Shown here one piece after another: positions 44,226 through 51,693 of a DNA stretch of 54,528 bases (the first letter of the stretch is position 1; every line of letters starts with the position of its first letter). The DNA comes from a virus (Duplodnaviria > Caudoviricetes). The position numbers and the translations under genes were made by a program. A model generated the notes under the pieces. The model did not search any database. It was given only the letters and a program-made list of their open reading frames with translations, and was not told the origin of the DNA. The stretch is from IMG/VR virus record IMGVR_UViG_3300011441_000013, positions 1 to 54,528 of that record; one strand, 5' to 3'.

Positions 44226-45292
44226 CAGCCTCTCATCGTCATGATCACATTGATGAAGCTGACGCCATCAGCAACAAGCAACGGCGACTTGTCACTCTTC
44301 ATCCCAATGGTGACGGTGTCTCCTTCGGCGACGTCCAAGAAGTCATGTAGATAACGCCAGTTGACACACATGATCAATGGATCGCCTTCGTAGTGCGCTG
44401 GCATCTGTTCATCGGCTTCTCCAACCTCGACGCTCTTCGACGAAAGACTGAGCGATTCCGAACTGATCGAAAGATACACAGCGCAGTTGTTCTCTGCGGC
44501 GACGCCGATGCGCTTCAGCGCGGCCGACAATCGCTTCCTGTCGACGGTCAATGTTTTGTTGTTGTCGCGTGGGATGATTCGCTCGTAGCTTGGAAACTTC
44601 CCCTCAATCATGCGTGACGTCAGCATCATGCCGTCGATCGAGAAGAACAAATGGTTGGCGCCAACCAGAACTGAGATCGGTCCTGTGCCAAGCACTGGCA
44701 GAATGTCCATCGTCTTGCGCGGAATTAGGATGGCGAAGTCTGGCCCTTCGTCTCGCACAGCAGTTGCGATCGATAGACGAGCACCGTCCGTCGCAATCAT
44801 GCCCATCGAGGTGCCGGAGAGCTTCAGCAATGCTCCTTCAAGTATGAACTTCTTGCCGCGATCAGCAACTGCGTAACGCGTTGCAGTGATGAGACGCATC
44901 AACAAGTTTCCTGCCAGCGTTGCTGGTTCACCTTCTGGGAATGCCAACGTTGGAAACTCAGCAGCTGGCAGCGTCTGTAGTCTTGACTTGAAGGTGGCGT
45001 GATGCACATGAGCACCCTTGGCATCAACAGCGATCGTGACGGTGCCGTCGGTAAACTGCTCGATTAGTTGAAGAGTCGTCGCAGCTGGCAATACACATCG
45101 ACCAGGCGTCGAGATTGTAGCTGGACATGTGAGCGCCAAGCTGACCTCAAGGTCTGTCGCTGAAAGACGGAGTTCATGATCGGCTTCGACCAGGACGTAA
45201 CCAAGAATCTGAATCGATGGCTGTGATTGGACAACTTTGCAGACGGCGCGGAGTGCCTCTGCAAGTTTCTGTGAGTTCACCGTGACGATCAC
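44225..45292 (-). CDS. dnaN: DNA polymerase III beta sliding clamp
   Basis: ATDLEV, EFP, ATDG.RL, SRMIEGKFPSYERIIP, N..YL.DFL, VIMTMR. Confidence 0.93.
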   Translation of the reverse strand: MIVTVNSQKLAEALRAVCKVVQSQPSIQILGYVLVEADHELRLSATDLEVSLALTCPATISTPGRCVLPAATTLQLIEQFTDGTVTIAVDAKGAHVHHATFKSRLQTLPAAEFPTLAFPEGEPATLAGNLLMRLITATRYAVADRGKKFILEGALLKLSGTSMGMIATDGARLSIATAVRDEGPDFAILIPRKTMDILPVLGTGPISVLVGANHLFFSIDGMMLTSRMIEGKFPSYERIIPRDNNKTLTVDRKRLSAALKRIGVAAENNCAVYLSISSESLSLSSKSVEVGEADEQMPAHYEGDPLIMCVNWRYLHDFLDVAEGDTVTIGMKSDKSPLLVADGVSFINVIMTMRG

Positions 45293-45822
45293 AACTGATC
45301 ACCCATGCAAGTCCATCCATCTCTCTGTTTGCGTGCGAACAACTCAACACGCGGACCGTCGAACAACGACTCGACAATCTTGTAGAACTCATCCGGCTTT
45401 TCTGAATGACGCCCAACTGTTGCCGAGAATCCAGTCACGTCGATGACGAACGTCGAGCGTGTTGAGTGATTCAAAACTTGTGGCTTGCCGCGCGTGGCGA
45501 TGAGACACGTCTCATGCTCAGCACGCAGAGTTCTTCCCATCCCAAACCATCTCATCCCATGTTCGGTTTTCTTCAGCCAGATGAGCTCCGTCTTGACGGT
45601 GAACCCCCACATGCGACAAACGTCAAGTGCCGCCTGTTGCATGCTCGCGACGCGCCAGAGAAAGAGCACACAGTCGGCGGCGAGGGGCGGCAGAGGGAAG
45701 CGGCAGATCTCTTCAAGCGTCATCGTAGAGTAGTGCCGTGCGGCACCGCGATTCTTGCCTGGAAGTTTGTCAGAGAACTTCCACGGCGGATCCGCCGCGA
45801 CGACGCGAAATGGTTCGCTCAC
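45289..45822 (-). CDS. MT-A70-family adenine methyltransferase
   Basis: ADPPW, HY.TM, LFLW, W.K, G.G...R..HE, HSEKP, ELFAR; GTGA-coupled start 45822. Confidence 0.92.
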   Translation of the reverse strand: MSEPFRVVAADPPWKFSDKLPGKNRGAARHYSTMTLEEICRFPLPPLAADCVLFLWRVASMQQAALDVCRMWGFTVKTELIWLKKTEHGMRWFGMGRTLRAEHETCLIATRGKPQVLNHSTRSTFVIDVTGFSATVGRHSEKPDEFYKIVESLFDGPRVELFARKQRDGWTCMGDQL

Positions 45823-46259
45823 CGAGTTCGCTCCACGATGTTCTTCATGAAAACCATCGCCAGCTGGACGTTTGCTGGATCGTTCCACCATCTGTTGATG
45901 CCAGATGGATGTGGCACGACTCTCACGTCTGCACCGCCGATCATCTGCTGGACGAAGTAGTCATGATGAGCATAGAACGCATCAGCGACGCGCAGGCCAA
46001 GCAGGATCACAATTTGATCGGACTTGAAGGTTGTCTTGAGCGCGGCCGCCTCGCCCTTCGCCGCCTCGATGTCAAACTGGAATTCATGCGCCGCTGTGTC
46101 TTGCCGATGGTGCAACAAGTTCACTCGATCGAAGTGATACAGAAACTCTGGCAGCGTCAGTCCGGCCATCGACGCCAGCCGTAGACCGATTCGACCTTCG
46201 ATCGGCTGCTCAAGTTGTTGGTTCTTCGACGGCGCCTCGCCGATGATGAGCGGCTTCAT
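45819..46259 (-). CDS. Uracil-DNA-glycosylase-superfamily protein (minimal)
   Basis: IIGEAPS, G..L, N, VILLG, VPHPSG. Confidence 0.8.
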   Translation of the reverse strand: MKPLIIGEAPSKNQQLEQPIEGRIGLRLASMAGLTLPEFLYHFDRVNLLHHRQDTAAHEFQFDIEAAKGEAAALKTTFKSDQIVILLGLRVADAFYAHHDYFVQQMIGGADVRVVPHPSGINRWWNDPANVQLAMVFMKNIVERTR

Positions 46260-46699
46260 TCCAACTCACCTTTCTTGTTTAACCTGAACCAACGCTGCCG
46301 TGTATCTTCCATCGCCTGCTTGATGCGCGGAGAGTTCTCGGCTTGCTTTAAGTCTAGTTGAAGCGCAAGAACCTGAGCTTGAATCACTTTGCCATAACGG
46401 CAATTCTCGTGCTTAGTGCCAGGACCAGTGACGTGGATGCACCAGCTCTTTCCATTGCGGTGTTTCCTGATGATGCGCATCAAGACTTCGCACTTCGGAT
46501 GTCCGCATTTGACCCAAGTATCAAACGCACGCTTTTCAAGATCTGGTGGCAGCACGCGACTATGAAAGCTTGCACGTGACCTCATCGAATTCCGCAGCGG
46601 TGTTATGAACGTGCGAAGCTCTTGCCAGATCGGCAGCTCCATGATTGCAGGAGCAACTGGCAGCAGCGGCTTCCGTTCGTGTTTTTTCTTTCTCGTCAT
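46256..46699 (-). CDS. Hypothetical basic protein with C/H residues
   Basis: GAGGTG RBS; CGHPKC...CIH...HENC. Confidence 0.65.
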   Translation of the reverse strand: MTRKKKHERKPLLPVAPAIMELPIWQELRTFITPLRNSMRSRASFHSRVLPPDLEKRAFDTWVKCGHPKCEVLMRIIRKHRNGKSWCIHVTGPGTKHENCRYGKVIQAQVLALQLDLKQAENSPRIKQAMEDTRQRWFRLNKKGELE

Positions 46700-46712
46700 A
46701 GTGACACCTCTG

Positions 46713-49700
46713 TCACTTGCAATCTGCCCACGTCGGGCCGATCTTGCCTTCCCATAGGATCGGCACTCGCATGTTGGGGAAGCTCTGATGATTCAGAATC
46801 TCCATCATCGCCGGCAGCGTTCCTTCATCGTTGGCATCGCCAACGAGTTCATCGTGTGCCGTGATGCGCATCAAGAACCCAGTTGCCTTGCGTACCTTAT
46901 GCAAGTCAACTGTCTTTCGCTTCAGAATGTCTGCGCCCGTGCCTTGAATGACACGGTTCAATCCGATGTAGGTCTTGTAGGCGTTCGGAAAACGTGAGCG
47001 ACGTCCAAGCATCGTCTTGACGAAGCCACGATGCTGGAATTGCCGATGCATGGCGTCATTGGGCCTGCAGTATTCATCGCAGGCAGGCTTCGCAAGATGC
47101 GCGGCTCGGGCCAGCAGCTGATCGCCTTCCGGCATCATCTTGCTGTAAGCTCTCTCGATCTCATGAATCGTGTTGAGTCGTGGATCGTCCCACCTCTTTG
47201 CTCGACGAATCTCCGCGCCGATTCGTTCGGTGATGAACCTCATCATCACGGCGAGCTTGATACTCTTGGCGCCATACTGCCGGGCGAAGTTGAAGTTCTT
47301 CTGATGACTGTAGACCATGTCGGCCTTGTATGCCTTCATGCGTTCCCACGTCATCTTATGAAACGACAGCCGCGGATCTTTTCTGTATGCCTCAATCATC
47401 TCCATGTTCTTGGCGAGATGAACGAAGATCCGATACTCGATCTGCATGGCATCTGACGCCAATGCAATGCCTGTCGCCGACCTGAAGAGGCGGCGCGGAA
47501 ACAACGCACACAGTCCTGCACAGTCATCGACTAGACCTTCGCCGAACGCCTTGTGATGATTGTCGTGGTTTGGCACCTGCTGAACGTAGCCAATCGAGAA
47601 GCGACCGCTGACCGTGCCACCGTCATCGCCACGCAGTTGATTGATCTCAAAGCGGAGAATCCCGTCTGGGCCGATCTGCTCTCTGTAAGGCTTGAATACC
47701 TTCGAGTTAAGCGATGCGTACTGCGCCGCCTTCTGCCCCTTGCGCACCAACGGATGATCGATCTCTTCCAGTGCAGCTTCGTCGAACGCATCTGGCGTCG
47801 GCAATCCAAGCTTATCGAGCAGTCGCGTCCACCCCGTCGCTGTATGATCGAAGGCGAAACCGATCTCCTTGGAGATGTCCCAGACCAATTGATCATGTGT
47901 CGCTAAACATTCAGCTGCATACTTTTCGAGCAACTCCATGTCGATCGGAGCACCATTCTTCTCCATCTCTACGACGGCTGGGATGACCTCGTCTTCGAGA
48001 TCATGGACGGCACGAAGATCTTGCTCGTCGATCTGTGGCTGGAGCTTGGCGGTGAGCTTGGCAACAAGTTCTGCCGTGAAGCGTTCACGTTCAGCAACAT
48101 CTAACGCATGATGATTTGCATGACGTGATTCATCAACTCTTGCCACGATTGGAACGTCCGGCAAGTATTGCTCTGCCAATATGTCAATCGCGAACCGCTT
48201 GCGATGGTCATCGAGCAATGCCGCCGTGTGTTGAATATCCGAGAACGTGCAGCCTTGCTCTTCAAGATCGACGTCCCAGACCCTCGCCATGTGGCAGTCG
48301 AACTTCGTCTTGGCGTTGACGATCCTCTTGTGCTTGAGTTGCTCTTTCGCCCACCGCTTGATCACCGCTTCATCATGATTGCCTCCGTAGGCAAAGCCGA
48401 AGGGCAGAAAGCGGATCATCTGACCATCGAGCGTTCCAACGGTGAGACCGACAGGCCGATCGCCCTTCGCCCAGTCGAGGCCAGATGTGGCGAAGTTCAA
48501 GACGACCGCGTCGATACCTGTCAGGTCGGGCGGTTCGTCAGGCTTCCAGTCGGCATCGAGCTTAGTTGATGGCGTGCCGATGAATTCGATTGCCGTTGGT
48601 GCCGGCGGTCCTACAAACATCGGTGCCTGCGATACAGGGACCGTTGGTTGATCAGCAGCCGTCTGTGCTGGATCGGCGATCGTGATCAGCTCAGGCTTGA
48701 GCGCCTTGATCTTGATCAGATCGTCGCCGCTGAGCTTCGTTGCATTGCTGGCGAAGAGTTTTCCATCACGCGTCAGCAGTCGATGTCCCTTTGCTTCCAG
48801 CTCGGCTTTGAAGAGCTGCGCCTCGGAGGGGGCCACAGGGGGCGACAGGGGCGGCTCTGGAGCTGCCTGGACGGCCGTAGCTTCTACAGGCCTGGCTCTA
48901 GCCAGCCCAACCCGTTCGGTAGCTGTGGCAGGCTGCTCCAGGGTGGTAGGCACCGAGGCGAAGTCCAGCGCGGACGGGCCTATTCTACCGGTAGCAACTA
49001 CCCTCAACGTCGAGTTCGGCTTGAGAGTTCCAGCTGGTATCGTCAACTCTCCGCCAGGCATCACGCCGAGCGTCAATCCAAAGTCGTCGCCCTCTGTGAT
49101 GACGACGCCTTCTCTCATGACGAGATGATTGTGATCGGCGAAGTGCCGATAGTCAACCTGATGCTGCCAGCGACGCCACTTTCGCTCAACGCTTGTGCGA
49201 TCTGGATGTTGCTCCAGCAGCGACTGAGCCATCAACCAGCGGCCATCCTTCTTCAGGATCTCGCGACCTACGTCGCAAGGTCCTGGATCGATTCCCTTGT
49301 AGCCATCGAGACACCGTCGACACTGCTCGCAGTTGGCGGCATGATCTTGCCACTCATTGGCCATCGCCTCGACGCCGGCGTAGAGTTGGTCAGTGTTGCC
49401 GCCCTTCATCGTGAGCGTCGGCTTCTTGTACATCAAGAACGCGTTGAAGAGTGCGGTGCACCAACGCCCTTGATACCCGTTCTGTGGAGTGGCACCATCC
49501 TTCAAGATGCGAAGCGAGAGATCTGTGTCCTCATTGTAACGTCCGCGCCATCGGATTTGATTGCCAGCGAAGTCAGTCAGATCGTTGCGAAGCAAGATGC
49601 CGGAATAGCAACGAGTGTTCAATGTGATCGGCTTGATCTTTGCACCTTGCTTGCGCGGCGCGAAGTAGTCGTAGTTGAACGCCGCCATTGGAACATTCTC

Positions 49701-50345
49701 GTAGCGATCGACGAAGTCCTCGACGAGCTTCAACAAGATGCCGGAGTCAACCTCGACCTTGAGGTTGTCTTGAAAGCGACAGAAGCCAGAGATGTTGTCG
49801 TCGAAGATCCAGTGCCGTTCAGCGCCGGTGCTGATTGCATGCTCCCATACCCAATTACGCGCTGGGATGCCGCCGAGCCCAAGGTTCGAGAACGGCAGAA
49901 CGAGGATCTTTGCAGGATCGATGACGGCGGCGTAGTCGTTGAACTCCTGCGGCTCGATGACGATATGATATGGGACGCCGGTGAACTCAAACGCCTTCGA
50001 CGTCAAGCGGGTGTCGGCTCTGCTCTTCGAGATGATGTAGACCGGGTATCGAGGATTGCCCTTCGCGCCAGTCCAGACCTTGTCGGCTGCAGTGCCGATC
50101 GTCGCCTTCGGATGCCAGATGAACTTCGTGTTTGAATGAAGTGCTTGACCAACGAGCGTAGCGAAAGTTTGACGATCTTCCTGTGTCTTGAAGTGCACGT
50201 AGATCGACTGCCACGGTTCGAGCTTCTCGTGGCTATACTCTGGCATTCCCTGCCAGTTGTCCTTCCAGTCAGGATCGACCTCGAACAAATTGTCTTGTTC
50301 TTCGCTGCCCGGCAGCGGCGCGTCGTCGCGTGGATCGTCACTCAT
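46713..50345 (-). CDS. Fusion: TAGT/GREB1-like glycosyltransferase + linker + degenerate 3'-5' exonuclease + family A DNA polymerase
   Basis: YPVYIISKSR, VIEPQE...Y, ARNW.WEH, HW.FDDN, WRGRYNEDTDLSLR.LK, KGGNT; PolA motifs SGRFS, DAMQIEYR, KNFNF...YG, N.VIQGTGAD, HDEL. Confidence 0.9.
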   Translation of the reverse strand: MSDDPRDDAPLPGSEEQDNLFEVDPDWKDNWQGMPEYSHEKLEPWQSIYVHFKTQEDRQTFATLVGQALHSNTKFIWHPKATIGTAADKVWTGAKGNPRYPVYIISKSRADTRLTSKAFEFTGVPYHIVIEPQEFNDYAAVIDPAKILVLPFSNLGLGGIPARNWVWEHAISTGAERHWIFDDNISGFCRFQDNLKVEVDSGILLKLVEDFVDRYENVPMAAFNYDYFAPRKQGAKIKPITLNTRCYSGILLRNDLTDFAGNQIRWRGRYNEDTDLSLRILKDGATPQNGYQGRWCTALFNAFLMYKKPTLTMKGGNTDQLYAGVEAMANEWQDHAANCEQCRRCLDGYKGIDPGPCDVGREILKKDGRWLMAQSLLEQHPDRTSVERKWRRWQHQVDYRHFADHNHLVMREGVVITEGDDFGLTLGVMPGGELTIPAGTLKPNSTLRVVATGRIGPSALDFASVPTTLEQPATATERVGLARARPVEATAVQAAPEPPLSPPVAPSEAQLFKAELEAKGHRLLTRDGKLFASNATKLSGDDLIKIKALKPELITIADPAQTAADQPTVPVSQAPMFVGPPAPTAIEFIGTPSTKLDADWKPDEPPDLTGIDAVVLNFATSGLDWAKGDRPVGLTVGTLDGQMIRFLPFGFAYGGNHDEAVIKRWAKEQLKHKRIVNAKTKFDCHMARVWDVDLEEQGCTFSDIQHTAALLDDHRKRFAIDILAEQYLPDVPIVARVDESRHANHHALDVAERERFTAELVAKLTAKLQPQIDEQDLRAVHDLEDEVIPAVVEMEKNGAPIDMELLEKYAAECLATHDQLVWDISKEIGFAFDHTATGWTRLLDKLGLPTPDAFDEAALEEIDHPLVRKGQKAAQYASLNSKVFKPYREQIGPDGILRFEINQLRGDDGGTVSGRFSIGYVQQVPNHDNHHKAFGEGLVDDCAGLCALFPRRLFRSATGIALASDAMQIEYRIFVHLAKNMEMIEAYRKDPRLSFHKMTWERMKAYKADMVYSHQKNFNFARQYGAKSIKLAVMMRFITERIGAEIRRAKRWDDPRLNTIHEIERAYSKMMPEGDQLLARAAHLAKPACDEYCRPNDAMHRQFQHRGFVKTMLGRRSRFPNAYKTYIGLNRVIQGTGADILKRKTVDLHKVRKATGFLMRITAHDELVGDANDEGTLPAMMEILNHQSFPNMRVPILWEGKIGPTWADCK

Positions 50346-50971
50346 CGGCTTGCCGTGAACGCCCGCTTACGAGCAGAGACTACAGTCAACCCAGATTCTT
50401 CAAGGTAACGACGCACGTCGGCGATGCGCTGCTCACGATTGGCGATTGGATGGAACTCGATGAAGAGCGACCTCACGCTGCGGAGATCTCCAGGGCACAA
50501 GCTTGCGAGCAAGTCGTACTCGGCGCCTTCGACATCGAGCTTGAGGACAGAAGGCCGCAGCGTGAGCAGAGAGCGGCGGAAGTTGACCGCCGACACCTCG
50601 ATGAACTTCATTCGGCGCGTCTGCGGCAGAATGCTGTTCGCGCCAGAGAATCCAGACAAGTTCAACGAGACGGTTGAATCATTTGATGCGACGAGCGCCG
50701 CCTCGATGACGCCGATCTGTTGATAGCGGCTGCAGTTCTGTCGAAGCATCGCGGCGTTCTTCGGCGCGGCCTCATAGCATGTGACGTAGGCGGCGCCTTG
50801 CTCGACGCAGGCGATTGCGAACGTGCCGATGTAGGCACCACAGTCCATCACGGTTGCGCTGCGTGGCAGCTCGAGATGCTCGAAGGGGTTGTGCTTCTCC
50901 AGATCGTTGCGTAACCAGAACGCAGACGTCGGAATCATGAAGCTTGATGGAAGAACGTCCCCGTAGCGCAT
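50342..50971 (-). CDS. FkbM-family SAM-dependent methyltransferase
   Basis: VMDCGAYIGTF, CYEA, LKLDVEGAEY, IEFH. Confidence 0.9.
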   Translation of the reverse strand: MRYGDVLPSSFMIPTSAFWLRNDLEKHNPFEHLELPRSATVMDCGAYIGTFAIACVEQGAAYVTCYEAAPKNAAMLRQNCSRYQQIGVIEAALVASNDSTVSLNLSGFSGANSILPQTRRMKFIEVSAVNFRRSLLTLRPSVLKLDVEGAEYDLLASLCPGDLRSVRSLFIEFHPIANREQRIADVRRYLEESGLTVVSARKRAFTASR

Positions 50972-50977
50972 GGAAGT

Positions 50978-51055
50978 TTACTCGACTGAAAAGGTGTCGT
51001 CGGGACGAACGATCCAGATCTTCCGGGTTGGTTTGGGAGCTTCAACGAACGCCAT
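50978..51055 (-). CDS. 25-aa upstream ORF in frame with the FkbM gene
   Basis: MAFVEAPKPTRKIWIVRPDDTFSVE*, then ACT TCC ATG. Confidence 0.4.
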   Translation of the reverse strand: MAFVEAPKPTRKIWIVRPDDTFSVE

Positions 51056-51066
51056 TTGGGAATGGC

Positions 51067-51095
51067 ACTATACTACAAAATAAAAGGAATGTAAA
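51067..51095 (-). promoter_or_regulatory. Sigma70-type promoter P3 of the DNA modification/replication operon
   Basis: TTTACA-ttccttttattttgtag(17)-TATAGT; 16 nt identical to P2. Confidence 0.8.
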
Positions 51096-51109
51096 CCCCA
51101 GAAAGTTCC

Positions 51110-51151
51110 AAAAAAGCAAAGCGACCCAGCGAATTTCTCCGCTGAGTCGCT
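51110..51151 (-). terminator. Intrinsic terminator
   Basis: AGCGACTCAGCG-8 nt-CGCTGGGTCGCT-TTGCTTTTTT on the - strand. Confidence 0.8.
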
Positions 51152-51174
51152 GTGTGTGAGCGCGACCTTTCGGT

Positions 51175-51666
51175 CTAGAGTTCGGCCGCCGGCGCCGCCG
51201 CGAGCTTGACGCGCGCAGCCGTGAGCCGCGCTTCCATCTTCGCGATCTTCTCCGCTGCGGTCGGCTTCGGCAGCGCGGCGCGCTGTTCCTTCGTCAGCTT
51301 CACCTTCGGCTGACGCGGGACCTTGACGGCGAAGACTCCCTCGGCGACTTCAATCGTCGCCGGTGCCGTCTTGTTGGGGAACGCGCGGAGCGACATGCGG
51401 ATCGTGCCGGTCGTCCCGGCGTAGATGGCAGTCGTTCCCTTTCGGTTGAGACCGTGCAGGGTGAGGTTCATGGTCGGTGCTTTCTGCGCCCCTTGGGCGT
51501 CTGAGTTCGGTGCCGGGATTGGCGCCGACTGTTGAGACTCTACTATAGCTGCGGCGGAACTGTCCAGCGAAATGTTGGGACTACCGCTCAGCGCGGCACC
51601 TTGCTGGCTTCGATCGACTGGCTTGTGCTTTCGTTTCTTTGCTTTCTTGGCCTTGTGCTTCATCAC
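51175..51666 (-). CDS. Lys/Ala-rich basic protein
   Basis: GAGGTG RBS; KHKAKKAKKRKHK N-terminus. Confidence 0.65.
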   Translation of the reverse strand: MMKHKAKKAKKRKHKPVDRSQQGAALSGSPNISLDSSAAAIVESQQSAPIPAPNSDAQGAQKAPTMNLTLHGLNRKGTTAIYAGTTGTIRMSLRAFPNKTAPATIEVAEGVFAVKVPRQPKVKLTKEQRAALPKPTAAEKIAKMEARLTAARVKLAAAPAAEL

Positions 51667-51693
51667 TTCACCTCTGTAGTTTGTCTAACTTCT

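Noticed and set aside
48648-50135. 495-aa + strand ORF and other long antisense ORFs (e.g. 3832..4896, 6730..7851, 35428..36462, 52765..53799)
   Set aside because: Shadow frames of well-supported genes in GC-rich DNA; no motifs
46713-50345. Intein or alternative genetic code as the explanation for the long polymerase
   Set aside because: No intein splice motifs (C/S...HN-C/S/T) seen; genes end normally at TAA, TAG and TGA
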